A program made the translations under genes and the position numbers. Below the pieces are notes generated by a model that was not told where the DNA came from, did no database searches, and worked only from the letters and a program-made list of their open reading frames with translations. Shown here piece by piece: positions 19,101 to 29,419 of a stretch of DNA of 64,000 nt. Positions within the stretch are counted from its first letter, which is position 1; each line of letters opens with the position of its first letter. The stretch comes from an uncultured bacterium (GTDB lineage Bacteria; Patescibacteriota; JACMRA01): positions 115,548-179,547 of the forward strand of contig CAWAQU010000003.1 of NCBI GenBank assembly GCA_963784355.1, written 5' to 3'.

Positions 19101-19844
19101 ATGTCTAACAAGAATCAACCAAACCAAACAATCGTAAAAGGGCCAAAAAGATCAAAAAAATATAGATCTAACGCAGAAAAAATTAATCAAGCCTTAGCAG
19201 GACAAACTTCTCTGAGTTTAGAAAAAGCTGTAGAGCTCTTATTTAGCCTTGATCAACCAACTTTCAAGGAAGGTCCAATGGTAGAACTACATGTAAAATT
19301 GAATATTAACCCTACCAAAAGTGATCAATTAGTAAGAGGTAATATAGTATTACCAAACGGACTTGGAAAGAAAATCAGAATTGCAGCTTTTGTAAATCCT
19401 GAAAATGTAGATAAAGCTAAAAGCCTTGGTGCAGATGTGGCAGGTTCTGATGAATTAATTGAACAAATCAAAAATACAAGTGTTACTGATTTTGACATTG
19501 CTATTGCTGAACCGGAGATGATGAAAAAATTACCTTCAATTGCTAGAATTCTGGGTACAAGAGGTTTAATGCCTAACCCTAAATCCGGTACTGTTGGAGA
19601 TAATTTAGAAGAGATTATTAACTTAATTAAAGCAGGTAAGGTTGATTACAAAAATGATAAAGGAGGAAATGTACATATTCCTTGTGGTAAAATCAACAGT
19701 AGTTTCAGTGTAGAAAAAATTACTGAAAATGTAAAAGCTGCTTTGGAATCCGTAGAGAAAGTTAAACCTGATGTAATCAAGAAAAAATATATTGTATCAG
19801 CTCACCTTACAAGTACCTTGAGTCCTAGTATTAAGATTGTATAA
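19101..19844 (+). CDS. rplA: 50S ribosomal protein L1
   Basis: DQLVRGNIVLPNGLGK, ILGTRGLMPNPKSGTV. Confidence 0.97.
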   Translation: MSNKNQPNQTIVKGPKRSKKYRSNAEKINQALAGQTSLSLEKAVELLFSLDQPTFKEGPMVELHVKLNINPTKSDQLVRGNIVLPNGLGKKIRIAAFVNPENVDKAKSLGADVAGSDELIEQIKNTSVTDFDIAIAEPEMMKKLPSIARILGTRGLMPNPKSGTVGDNLEEIINLIKAGKVDYKNDKGGNVHIPCGKINSSFSVEKITENVKAALESVEKVKPDVIKKKYIVSAHLTSTLSPSIKIV

Positions 19845-19879
19845 TCTTACTTAACTTTAAAAATTTAATTATAAAACAG

Positions 19880-19896
19880 AGGGGCTTATGCCCCTT
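19880..19896 (+). terminator. Terminator-like hairpin after rplA
   Basis: AGGGGC-ttat-GCCCCT; U tract is weak. Confidence 0.6.
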
Positions 19897-19956
19897 ATAA
19901 TTTTGACCTGTTGACTATAAAGATGAGTTATATAATTTTTTACTAAACGCTGTGCT

Positions 19957-21003
19957 ATGCAAATTATTATTAATGCCGGGGGTACCGGAACTAGACTGTG
20001 GCCCTACTCTACTAATGAGACACCAAAACAATTTGTACCTTTAATTGATGAATACAGTTTTCTTAGAAAAACCTACAATCGCCTAATATCAGCTTTTAAG
20101 CCTGAACAGATTTGGGTTAATACTAATATTAAATTTAAAAATTTAGTTGAAGAGTCTTTGCCTACTCATTTTGAAGCAAGTCATATTTTAACAGAACCGG
20201 TGAAAAGAGATAACTTTGCAGCAATCATCTCACATGCTGCCGTTGTAGCTCACCACGTCGGTGTAGACGAGCCTTTGGTGTTTGTCCATGCAGATCATCT
20301 TATTTTAGAAAAAGATTGGCCAAAATTTAACCAGGCACTTAAAATAGCTGCCAACACTTTATTGAATAAGGAATTCGAGATTGTTACTGCGGCCGTCAAA
20401 CCAAAGTTTCCAAATACTCAACTAGGCTATATTGAAATTGATCCTAAAAACACTAAAGAGTGTTACGAGCAGGCTGTGAAAGTAATGAGATTTAAAGAAA
20501 AACCTGATGTGGAAATGGCTGAAGAGTTTATCGCTTCAGGAAATTTTTTATGGAATCTCGGTTATTTTTCATTTACCTACAATACATTACTTGAAAATTT
20601 AAGAAAGTTTGATCCAAAAACTGTTGAAATTGTAGAAAAAATCAAACAGACCGGGCAGATAGATACAAATGACTACCTTCAATTACCAAAAATCGCTTTT
20701 GACTATGCAGTGGCTGAAAAAACTCCAAGCTTGGGCGTAATTGGTATTGATATTGACTGGGAAGATATTGGTAACTGGGAAATTGCTGCAAAATTTTTAC
20801 CTAAATTAGTTGAAAACAAAAATCAGATTGAAATTTCAGGTACAAATAATAAAGTTAAATTGACTAATCAAAAAAGGAAAGTAGCTTTCATAGGAGTTTC
20901 AAATTTAGTTTTAGTTGAATCTGCAGAAGGAATTTTGGTTATTGACCCTAAATGTGCCGGTGATGTAAAAAAAGCTGCTGAATATTTCGAAAATTTAGAG
21001 TAG
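19957..21003 (+). CDS. manC: Mannose-1-phosphate guanylyltransferase
   Basis: AGGTGTRLWPYS..PKQF, HADHLI, GYIE, FKEKP, WEDIGNW. Confidence 0.9.
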   Translation: MQIIINAGGTGTRLWPYSTNETPKQFVPLIDEYSFLRKTYNRLISAFKPEQIWVNTNIKFKNLVEESLPTHFEASHILTEPVKRDNFAAIISHAAVVAHHVGVDEPLVFVHADHLILEKDWPKFNQALKIAANTLLNKEFEIVTAAVKPKFPNTQLGYIEIDPKNTKECYEQAVKVMRFKEKPDVEMAEEFIASGNFLWNLGYFSFTYNTLLENLRKFDPKTVEIVEKIKQTGQIDTNDYLQLPKIAFDYAVAEKTPSLGVIGIDIDWEDIGNWEIAAKFLPKLVENKNQIEISGTNNKVKLTNQKRKVAFIGVSNLVLVESAEGILVIDPKCAGDVKKAAEYFENLE

Positions 21004-21388
21004 AGTCAATTTACTTAGGGAGCATTAACAAAATAACATATACGGCTTGTTTTATCAGTAGTTAAAGCAACTATTGTTTGTAACGAGGTAAAAAAGTAAG
21101 TTTTTGTGAAAAGAAACCGCTCTGGTACCCTGGTTAAGCTCATTTTTGAACTAGATATTCTAAAAACGGAATCATATTTTCTTTGGATACATAAAAATTA
21201 ATTCTATTAATTTACACCATCTCACACAGTGAGAAGAAATTTGTTGTGTACGTATTCTTTTGTGTATTTTTATTGAATAGCTCCGAAATTAAATTTACAA
21301 AGCTAAAGCTCGAAAAACTACTTTTGACATAGTGCAAAAAATTGCTGATAATTGTTAGAATTTGCAATTTTAATGCAATTTACAGCGC

Positions 21389-23149
21389 ATGTTAAAAAAG
21401 AGTCCTCTGCTTTATTTCGGTATTTTAATAGTTTGGACCGTGTTTTTAATCACCTTTTACCCTGATCTAAGCCAAGTAGTAAGAGATTCCTGGGATTTTA
21501 AAACTGATAAATTATCGCTAACTTTACTGAGAGCTAGCAGTATTTTAGCAGTAAGTCTAATAAGTTATTTTTGGCTGAATGGCTTAAAAGATATATTTTA
21601 TACATTTGTTTACTGGTTTAGTGATAAAACAAAACTTAATTATAAGCCGTCTGCTTTAGGTTCAGTTTATCAAGATTTACCTCGAGTAGACCTAATTTAT
21701 ACTGTTTGTGACGATTTTGATGAATTTAGTTTATGGCAATCCATGCAACAAGAGTATCCAAGTCAGTTACTTACCTACTATATTTTGGATGACTCTAAAA
21801 CTAAAAAATCAAGGGAAATAATTGATGAATTTGCACTCAAGCATAGTTTAAGAGTTATCAGAAGATTTTCAAGCAAAGGCTTTAAGGCCGGAAATATAAA
21901 CTTTTGGCTAAAAAATAATCATAATCTAGCTCCTTTTTTTGTAATTCTAGATAGCGACGAGATTATTCCGCCTTCATTTATAAAAGGAATTTTACCTTAT
22001 TTTGAGGATTCCCACATAGCAATTGCCCAAGCTAATCATATTGCTACTAGATCTGATACAATTTTTGCTAAACTATTTGCCGCCGGAGTTGATAGTCACT
22101 GGCCTACCTACCAATCAATTAAAAATCGTTACGGTTTTATGTCTTTGCTGGGGCATGGAGCGATGCTTAGGACTGCTGCAGTACAAAATGTAGGTGGTTT
22201 TCCGGAGATTGTAGCTGAAGATCTTGGTTTGGCTATTAATTTAGCAAAAATAGGGCAGAGAGTGGTTTTTGTGCCTGAAGTAGTTTGTCAGGAAACTTAT
22301 CCGATTGATTACTTTGCTTTTAAAAAACGCCATACAAAGTGGACTATGGGTAATATGGAATTTATTAAAAAATTTAGCTCTTTATTTTTATTGAAAAAGT
22401 TAACTTGGTTTGAAAAACTGGATATACTGCTATTTACCTACAATTTACCACTAACAGTACTATTTATTACTTTCCTGCTGATTCATTTAATTATTTTCCC
22501 GATTTTAGGTTTTATCCCAAGATACGTAGATATTCTATTATTACCAACTGTATTGACTTTACTTGCCCCGCTACTTAATGATTTAATTTATTTTTTTAGA
22601 AAAATTGATCCTCTTGGCTACTTACGGTATTTTTTAGGAAGTATAGCTCTTTATGGAAGTTTGTATTTTATTTCTTTTTGGGCAGCTCTAAAAGCTTTAT
22701 TTGGGCAGGCAGTATTTTTAGTAACTCCAAAAGTGGCGAGTGAAATTGGAATAGCTCAATCTTTTTGGAAAAATCGGTCAGAAATTATTTTTGCTACAGT
22801 TTTATTTAGTATTTCTTACATGATAGATCAGCCTTGGTCGGTAATTTTAATTGTCATACCTTCGTATTTATCTTTATTCTTAGGGCTTCTTAGTAATTTA
22901 TACATCAAACCCAATAGATATAAGTATTTTACGGGAGCACTTGGCTTAACAATGATTATAGTAGGAATTTTACTAAGTTTCTCTATACCAAGTATCAGCA
23001 AAACTACAGGTCAGGTAGCGGGAGTGAGTGAAAAGAGGGATACAAATACAGACTTTAAACAATTACAAACTACTATCTCTAAGCCCGAAAATATCGATAA
23101 GGGAGTTAAGTGTTTACAAAATGCGGAGTTAGTAAAATGCTTTAGGTAA
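21389..23149 (+). CDS. Membrane-bound processive GT2 glycosyltransferase (cellulose-synthase-like)
   Basis: ILDDS, GFKAGNIN, LDSD, VAEDL, KRHTKW; multiple TM helices. Confidence 0.85.
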   Translation: MLKKSPLLYFGILIVWTVFLITFYPDLSQVVRDSWDFKTDKLSLTLLRASSILAVSLISYFWLNGLKDIFYTFVYWFSDKTKLNYKPSALGSVYQDLPRVDLIYTVCDDFDEFSLWQSMQQEYPSQLLTYYILDDSKTKKSREIIDEFALKHSLRVIRRFSSKGFKAGNINFWLKNNHNLAPFFVILDSDEIIPPSFIKGILPYFEDSHIAIAQANHIATRSDTIFAKLFAAGVDSHWPTYQSIKNRYGFMSLLGHGAMLRTAAVQNVGGFPEIVAEDLGLAINLAKIGQRVVFVPEVVCQETYPIDYFAFKKRHTKWTMGNMEFIKKFSSLFLLKKLTWFEKLDILLFTYNLPLTVLFITFLLIHLIIFPILGFIPRYVDILLLPTVLTLLAPLLNDLIYFFRKIDPLGYLRYFLGSIALYGSLYFISFWAALKALFGQAVFLVTPKVASEIGIAQSFWKNRSEIIFATVLFSISYMIDQPWSVILIVIPSYLSLFLGLLSNLYIKPNRYKYFTGALGLTMIIVGILLSFSIPSISKTTGQVAGVSEKRDTNTDFKQLQTTISKPENIDKGVKCLQNAELVKCFR

Positions 23150-23239
23150 AGCAGCTAAACATTTAGCGCATTAAATACTAATCATTTTACAAAATGAAAT
23201 ATTGACAACAATACTAATATATTGGCTTCCTTATCTTAT

Positions 23240-24160
23240 ATGCATGCTCTAAAGATTGAAAATTTATCCAAAAAATATTCCAATGGAGTACAAGCTTTAA
23301 AAAATGTCAATTTAGAAATCAACCAAGGAGATTTTTTTGCTCTTTTGGGTGCAAATGGAGCGGGCAAAACCACTATTATAGGTATCACAACTGGCTTAGT
23401 AAACAAAACACAAGGTAAAGTGGAAGTTTTTAATACAGACATTGATACATATGCTACTGAAGCAAAAAAGTTGGTTGGTGTGGTTCCCCAAGAATTTAAT
23501 TTTAGCATCTTTGAGAAAGTTATTGATATTGTTGTTTGGCAAGCAGGCTACTATGGTATCCCCAGAGCAGAAGCCATTCCTAGAGCAGAAGCACTTTTAG
23601 ACCAATTAGGATTGGGCAACAAAAAATATGTTACGGCAAATACTTTATCTGGGGGGATGAAAAGAAGACTCATGATTGCTAGAGGCTTAATTCACAAGCC
23701 AAAATTATTAATTTTAGATGAACCTACAGCAGGTGTAGATGTAGAACTTAGAATTGGAATGTGGGAATTTTTGAAAAAGCTAAATCAAGAAGAGGGTGTC
23801 ACTATACTTTTAACGACACATTACTTGGAAGAAGTGGAACAACTCTGTAGTAATGCAGCAATCATTAAAGACGGCGAAATTGTAAGAAAAGATACAGTAA
23901 AAAATCTACTAAACTCTTTAAATGAAGAACGCTATTTGATAGATGTGGAGGGAGATTTGAGTAAAATAAAGTCTGAGAAGTTTAAATTTGAGATTACAGA
24001 CAATAATGCAGTTGAATTAATTGTAGTTAAGGGTCAGGATATAAATGATTTTACCACTGAATTGAGCCTAGCTAAAGTAAAAATGGTCGGAATTAGACCT
24101 AAAGGTAACAGACTAGAGGAATTATTTTTAAATATTTTGAAAGACACAGAAAACAAATAA
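23240..24160 (+). CDS. ABC transporter ATP-binding protein (YadG-like)
   Basis: GANGAGKT, LSGGMKRR, ILDEPT. Confidence 0.92.
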   Translation: MHALKIENLSKKYSNGVQALKNVNLEINQGDFFALLGANGAGKTTIIGITTGLVNKTQGKVEVFNTDIDTYATEAKKLVGVVPQEFNFSIFEKVIDIVVWQAGYYGIPRAEAIPRAEALLDQLGLGNKKYVTANTLSGGMKRRLMIARGLIHKPKLLILDEPTAGVDVELRIGMWEFLKKLNQEEGVTILLTTHYLEEVEQLCSNAAIIKDGEIVRKDTVKNLLNSLNEERYLIDVEGDLSKIKSEKFKFEITDNNAVELIVVKGQDINDFTTELSLAKVKMVGIRPKGNRLEELFLNILKDTENK

Positions 24161-24161
24161 T

Positions 24162-24935
24162 ATGTTTGCGAATTTATATTTAATGGCCCTAATAACAATT
24201 TTTAGAAAAGAAGTAGTCAGAATTTTGCGTATTTGGACACAAACGTTACTCCCTTCAGTAATTACTACAGTTTTGTATTTTCTAATTTTCGGTAAATTTA
24301 TAGGGTCCCGTGTGGGTGAAATGAATGGCGTAAGCTATGTAGCTTTCATAGTCCCTGGACTTGTAATGATGGCAATTATCACAAATTCGTTTACTAACGT
24401 AGCTGGATCATTTTTTGGCGCAAAATTTCAAAAGAGTATTGAAGAAATACTTGTAGCGCCTGTTCCCAATTGGGTTATTGTAGCTGGGTATGTGCTTAGT
24501 GGTATGTTTAGAGGGTTTATTGTTGGTTTGATTGTATTAGTAATATCTCTGTTTTTTACAAATCTGAAAGTACACAATTTAGGCCTAGTAATTATATTTA
24601 CTATTCTTACTTCTGCAGTATTTTCACTTGCCGGACTTACAAATGGAATGTTTGCGAAAAAATTTGATCACGTAATGATTGTACCAACCTTTGTGATTAC
24701 TCCACTTACCTACCTAGGAGGAGTTTTTTATTCTATTTCAAGCTTACCTCCATTTTGGCAGAATGTCTCCAAATTGAACCCTGTACTGTATATGGTAGAC
24801 GGCTTTAGATATGGTTTTTTTGGTGTAGAAGATATAAATATTTGGATAAGTCTAACTATACTTATTGTTTTAACTGTTGGCTTAACAATCATTAATCTAA
24901 ATTTCCTAAACAAAGGAACTGGCCTGAAAGCATAA
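24162..24935 (+). CDS. ABC-2 transporter permease (YadH-like)
   Basis: RIWTQTLLP, FIVPGL, TPLTYLGGVFYS, NPVLYMVDGFRYG. Confidence 0.92.
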   Translation: MFANLYLMALITIFRKEVVRILRIWTQTLLPSVITTVLYFLIFGKFIGSRVGEMNGVSYVAFIVPGLVMMAIITNSFTNVAGSFFGAKFQKSIEEILVAPVPNWVIVAGYVLSGMFRGFIVGLIVLVISLFFTNLKVHNLGLVIIFTILTSAVFSLAGLTNGMFAKKFDHVMIVPTFVITPLTYLGGVFYSISSLPPFWQNVSKLNPVLYMVDGFRYGFFGVEDINIWISLTILIVLTVGLTIINLNFLNKGTGLKA

Positions 24936-24975
24936 TCTACACAATTTGTAACTACAAAAATATTTTTTCTAAATC

Positions 24976-24998
24976 AAAAACCGCCCTTAGAGGCGGCC
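24976..24998 (-). terminator. Terminator between convergent genes
   Basis: Plus strand aaaaa-CCGCC-cttaga-GGCGG. Confidence 0.6.
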
Positions 24999-25030
24999 TG
25001 ATATTGTTGCAACTATATAATTTTCTCTAA

Positions 25031-25330
25031 TTACTTCGATTTCCCCCCTTTATGTCCAATTGCTGAATATGACGGTGCTTCACCCCTTTCTGCAGCTCTT
25101 TTTCTGGCCTCACCACCTTTTTTGGCAATTTCATATCTTTTTTGGGGACTCATGGAAGCAAATCCCTTACGTTTATTACCATTTGTTTCTTCATCATCTT
25201 CCTCTTCACCATTCATATTTGCACTTTTTTGGCCCTGTTTTGCTTTGCCATTAACCGCTTTAGAAGAGAATAATATATGTCGCTTTGTGTATGTTGAAAA
25301 TTCTATTGCGTTAAAAATACTCATACGCAA
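25031..25330 (-). CDS. KGG-repeat general stress protein (start uncertain)
   Basis: KGFASMSPQKRYEIAKKGG and IGHKGG repeats. Confidence 0.75.
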   Translation of the reverse strand: MRMSIFNAIEFSTYTKRHILFSSKAVNGKAKQGQKSANMNGEEEDDEETNGNKRKGFASMSPQKRYEIAKKGGEARKRAAERGEAPSYSAIGHKGGKSK

Positions 25331-25445
25331 GTCTGTTAAATTTGAAATACTTCTTGCGAGAAGTGTACTAATTGTAAAGGTACACCATAGAGTTTGTCAA
25401 CGTTTTTTTAGTTAAGGCCTACTTAAGGTAGAATTTTATAGCTGC

Positions 25446-26066
25446 CTAATTACTTAGGTTATCCAGCACCTCTCTAACCTGATTAACCCCTGAAACACAG
25501 TATGTAGTACCGCCTAGATTTGAGAAAGCATTGCATGTTCTAGAAGAATCATCTATTAATATACAGTCTTTGATGTCTACACCCAATTCTGAACATTTTT
25601 CTAAAAAATACTTACCATTTTCGGTTGTTTTAAGCATTTTTATGTCATAAGAATTGTTTATCTCATCAAATACCTCTGTTAAAAGTGGATTATTTGGTAA
25701 GGTAAATCGGTTAAATGAATCCATATTTCCTGTAGCCAATATGCAATAAAACTTACTTTTCAGCTCCTTAATTATCTTAAGTAGTTCTACAGAAATATCC
25801 AAATCCTCACATTCTTGTTGAAAAGTTTCAAAAGCTTCAGTAAAAGGAATACCGGTTTCTTTGCTTATTAATTCATGTATTTCTTCAGAAGTATATTTAC
25901 CAATCATCCAATCATCAAATATTTCCCTGTTCTCAACAAACAAAAAATTGGTTATTTTACTATGAAAAGGGTTTAATTTGTGTTCGGGATCGCTAAAGGT
26001 AGACCAAAACTTATTATAGGACAACACACCATTAAAGTCACAAAATAGAATTGGTTTGGAATACAT
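25446..26066 (-). CDS. HAD-superfamily hydrolase
   Basis: CDFNGVL, LATGN, ILIDDS. Confidence 0.75.
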   Translation of the reverse strand: MYSKPILFCDFNGVLSYNKFWSTFSDPEHKLNPFHSKITNFLFVENREIFDDWMIGKYTSEEIHELISKETGIPFTEAFETFQQECEDLDISVELLKIIKELKSKFYCILATGNMDSFNRFTLPNNPLLTEVFDEINNSYDIKMLKTTENGKYFLEKCSELGVDIKDCILIDDSSRTCNAFSNLGGTTYCVSGVNQVREVLDNLSN

Positions 26067-26213
26067 AATGTTTTTATTATAAAGCAATAAACTGGATTTT
26101 GACAAATCAACTGATTTCGCTTGCCCATTACCAATTAGCAGCTTCCTACAGGGAATCTCTTGTCAATGTGCAGAATCATTGGTATAATTAAATATAATAC
26201 AAACAAAAAAAAT

Positions 26214-26559
26214 ATGTCAGCATCAGAAACAAACACAGCAACAGCCAAAACAACCACTAGTGCTAAATCTCTACTTAAAAAACTAGTATTACCGCTATTT
26301 ATTTTATCACTTCTTGGTAATAATTGTTTTAGGCAGTATCATAAGCTTAGTATTATTTACAAATATTCTTGACTATACAGCTCTAAATTTAACATTACCT
26401 AGATTCTGCGAGCAATTGGAAAATAATAAAGATATTAAAGCTGGATTTCCGAAGCTTAATATTTGTACTATCAATACTTATTGTGAAACTGTACAAAAGG
26501 ATACATCCGAGGCAGCTAAAGAATTATATAATGAAAACTGTGTAGCTAACGAGAAATAA
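26214..26559 (+). pseudogene. Small single-TM protein split by a frameshift near 26313
   Basis: TM helix begins in one frame (LVLPLFILSLL) and continues in the +1 frame (VIIVLGSIISLVLF); upstream TTGTCA-17-TATAAT promoter. Confidence 0.6.
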
Positions 26560-26625
26560 CAATAATGCAAAAAAGAGGACAACATCAACAATTCCTTAAT
26601 AACTTATATATCAATTTCCCCAAAC

Positions 26626-26647
26626 AAAAAACCGGCTTTATGCCGGC
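26626..26647 (-). terminator. Terminator of the ribosomal protein operon
   Basis: Plus strand aaaaaa-CCGGC-tttat-GCCGG. Confidence 0.7.
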
Positions 26648-26672
26648 TAAATTATAGGTTGTGTAACTAAAA

Positions 26673-27077
26673 TTAATTGATTACAAAATCAGACAAATCT
26701 TCGTCTATAGTTGGAATTTCAGCTTTACTAGTTGATTCGGTAGAGCTAGGAGCTGATGGCATTGTATCTGTATCATCGTTATCATCCCTTAGCTTTTTAT
26801 CTGCACTATAGCGTATAGTACCGTCAGGCTCCAAGAAATTTAATCTTAAATTCATTTTATTAGCCTTACCAACAGCACGCATAAGAGTCCTAATAGCTGT
26901 TGACATGCTACCACTTCTACCAATTATAATTCCCATATCTTTGCTATTTACCATTACGGACAAAAGCACTCCTTGTTCATCTAGCTCTCTCTCTATTTTA
27001 ATATCATCGGGTTCGGTAACTAAGTTAACCAAAATATTATGCAAAATTTGTACGTCAATACTATCAGACATGGTCAT
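26673..27077 (-). CDS. khpA: KH-domain RNA-binding protein
   Basis: DMGIIIGRSG; directly follows rpsP. Confidence 0.85.
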   Translation of the reverse strand: MTMSDSIDVQILHNILVNLVTEPDDIKIERELDEQGVLLSVMVNSKDMGIIIGRSGSMSTAIRTLMRAVGKANKMNLRLNFLEPDGTIRYSADKKLRDDNDDTDTMPSAPSSTESTSKAEIPTIDEDLSDFVIN

Positions 27078-27099
27078 AATAACTAAAAAATATTATAAA

Positions 27100-27333
27100 T
27101 TATATTAAATTTTGCTTTTTAAATAAGCTTTTTACTGAATCAGATATTTCTATATTTAAAGTAACATAATACTTTACTCTCTCTGCATTTAATATAGCTT
27201 CCTTAGTATATGGATTGTACCAACCTAAGCTTTCATGAAATTTCTTTGTTGGGTGGGATTTTTTATCTGCAACCACAACACGGTATGATTTACGGTGTTT
27301 TCTACCTAAAGGTTTAAATCTAATTACTAACAT
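27100..27333 (-). CDS. rpsP: 30S ribosomal protein S16
   Basis: MLVIRF..GRKHRKSYRVVVAD, LGWYNP. Confidence 0.95.
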   Translation of the reverse strand: MLVIRFKPLGRKHRKSYRVVVADKKSHPTKKFHESLGWYNPYTKEAILNAERVKYYVTLNIEISDSVKSLFKKQNLI

Positions 27334-27356
27334 AATATAACAAACTATTCTATTTT

Positions 27357-27989
27357 TTAAGCTACTCTTCTTGAATAATACTCAACAACTGCACCGATCT
27401 TGAAATCTGTAGGTAAATCTGTCTCTAGAGGTAGATTCAATACTTTAATCTCAAGTTTTTTAGAGTTATCAAGCCAAGACGGAACATCATTAGGAATTAA
27501 CAATTGGAAGTTAGTCCAGAAAGGACTTTTCATTTTATTGGCTTTAATAGTGATAACTTCACCTACAGAAACAGTATATGAAGGAATGTCTACTCTTTTA
27601 CCATTGATTGCAAAATGGCCGTGAGCAACTAATTGTCTAGCTTGAGAGCGTGAATTAGCAAGTCCTCCTCTATAAATTACATTATCCAACCTACGTTCTA
27701 GTAAAGCTAAGGCGATTTTACCTGTATCACCTGTTTGCTTGAAAGATTTTTTAAACAAATTAATCAATGGTTTTTCCATCAATCCATAAGTAAATCTGAC
27801 TGCTTGTTTTTCTAAAAGTTGCTTACCGTACTCAGAAACTTTACCTGGTCTATTTCTTCCATGTTCCCCTGCTTTATAAGGTTTTTTTGTAAAATCATCT
27901 TTTGCAGAATAACTGCGAGGACCTTTTAGATACAAATTTTTACCTACTCTCTTGGATAATTTAGTTTTACTGCCTGTATATCTTGCCAT
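27357..27989 (-). CDS. rpsD: 30S ribosomal protein S4
   Basis: [32 protein letters not shown]. Confidence 0.97.
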   Translation of the reverse strand: MARYTGSKTKLSKRVGKNLYLKGPRSYSAKDDFTKKPYKAGEHGRNRPGKVSEYGKQLLEKQAVRFTYGLMEKPLINLFKKSFKQTGDTGKIALALLERRLDNVIYRGGLANSRSQARQLVAHGHFAINGKRVDIPSYTVSVGEVITIKANKMKSPFWTNFQLLIPNDVPSWLDNSKKLEIKVLNLPLETDLPTDFKIGAVVEYYSRRVA

Positions 27990-28015
27990 ATTCTAATAAA
28001 ATATTATTTCAATTA

Positions 28016-28417
28016 TTACACTCTTCTTCTCTTTTTAGCTCTGGTACCTCCAAATGGAAATCCTGTTACATCTTTGATAGATTCAATTTGTAAGTCAGTT
28101 GATTGAATAGTTCTCAAAAATGAATCTCTACCCATACCTGCACCACGTATAACTAAGTGAACTGTACTTGCTTCTACTTGTCTTACTCTATCCAATACTT
28201 CTTCAGTAGCTCTTTGTGCTGCAAAAGGAGTCGATTTCTTTGAACCTTTAAATCCTACTTTACCACTACTTGTCCAAGCCAGTACTTTACCTTGTAAATC
28301 TGTTAAGGTAATAATACTGTTGTTAAATTCAGCTCGGAGAAAAATTCTTACAATAGGATACTTTTGCTTGATTTTTACTTTCTTATTGGTCTTTAATTTA
28401 GTTGTATTCTTTGCCAT
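28016..28417 (-). CDS. rpsK: 30S ribosomal protein S11
   Basis: GFKGSKKSTPFAAQ, GAGMGRD, KRRRV. Confidence 0.96.
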   Translation of the reverse strand: MAKNTTKLKTNKKVKIKQKYPIVRIFLRAEFNNSIITLTDLQGKVLAWTSSGKVGFKGSKKSTPFAAQRATEEVLDRVRQVEASTVHLVIRGAGMGRDSFLRTIQSTDLQIESIKDVTGFPFGGTRAKKRRRV

Positions 28418-28438
28418 AATATTTTAATAGATAATATA

Positions 28439-28828
28439 CTAGGTTTTAGCAGCAGATTTAGCTCTTCCGCTACCTCCTGTCTTTCTTGCATTTCCTCTTC
28501 TAGTTCTTGAGTTAGTTCTAGTAGTCTGACCTCTTACAGGTAAGTTTAACTTATGTTTTAAGCCTCTCCAAGTGCTTAGATCGACCAATCTCTTGATATC
28601 AGACATTGTCTTTCTTCTTAGATCAGCTTCAATAAGGTAGCCAGTTTCAATGTGATTTCTCAAGTCAATAATTTGCTGTTCATCAAGATCACCTAAAGAA
28701 CTTGTAGGATCAATGTTAAAATGCTTTAAAACAACTTTCACATTTGTCTTACCAATACCTTTAATAGGAGTAAGAGCAAATTTGATCTGCTTTTTAGGAT
28801 TTAAAGTTACACCTGCAATACGTATCAT
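28439..28828 (-). CDS. rpsM: 30S ribosomal protein S13
   Basis: RIAGV, LPVRGQTTRTNSRTR. Confidence 0.96.
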   Translation of the reverse strand: MIRIAGVTLNPKKQIKFALTPIKGIGKTNVKVVLKHFNIDPTSSLGDLDEQQIIDLRNHIETGYLIEADLRRKTMSDIKRLVDLSTWRGLKHKLNLPVRGQTTRTNSRTRRGNARKTGGSGRAKSAAKT

Positions 28829-28837
28829 AAACAATTA

Positions 28838-29026
28838 TTAATATTTCATTTTCTTTTTTTTCTTGAGAGGGATTGGTTGTCTTGCATTTATTTTGTTACC
28901 TAGAGTAGCATCATCAAAAGCGTAAAATCTCAATATACCTTTTCTTCTAGTAAAATAACCTTGAGCCATTCTACCTCTTCTGGACAACTTATTACCTCTA
29001 CCTTTTAAAGATACTAGTACTTTCAT
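28838..29026 (-). CDS. rpmJ: Highly divergent 50S ribosomal protein L36
   Basis: Lies between infA and rpsM; MKV..SLK, RRKG.L, ARQ remnants; no Cys or His. Confidence 0.65.
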   Translation of the reverse strand: MKVLVSLKGRGNKLSRRGRMAQGYFTRRKGILRFYAFDDATLGNKINARQPIPLKKKKKMKY

Positions 29027-29035
29027 AATATTATA

Positions 29036-29419
29036 TTAAATCTTTTTCTCTACAGCTAAATTAGCATTAACTGGGGGCTGATTACTATCTTTAGGATTCA
29101 AGAGATTATTTTGATTATTGTCAACAGCAGTTTTTTCTATATTTAGTCTCTGAATTATAACCCCTCTTGTAATTCCTTTTTCAGCGTCAATGTCGGTTTC
29201 GGGATCAACTTCAATAGTAACAAAATCTCCTTTGATAATCTTGATGTTTCTTACTTTAAACATTGTTTTAATTTGTGAGTCAATAACTAAGGGCTCTAGG
29301 CCTTTATTTCTATCAACCCTTACTTTAAACCTAGTACCGGGTAAAGTTTCAATTACCTTGCCATCAAAATATATTTTATCTTCTTTGCGCTTGCTGATAT
29401 TATTTCGTCTTTTTTTCAT
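29036..29419 (-). CDS. infA: Translation initiation factor IF-1, extended
   Basis: DGKVIETLPGTRFKV, IKIIKGDFVTIE; synteny. Confidence 0.85.
   Translation of the reverse strand: MKKRRNNISKRKEDKIYFDGKVIETLPGTRFKVRVDRNKGLEPLVIDSQIKTMFKVRNIKIIKGDFVTIEVDPETDIDAEKGITRGVIIQRLNIEKTAVDNNQNNLLNPKDSNQPPVNANLAVEKKI

Noticed and set aside
21004-21388. Riboswitch or small ORF upstream of the GT2 gene
   Set aside because: Only a short hairpin (tctcac-aca-gtgaga) and a 42-codon minus-strand ORF with no recognisable motif
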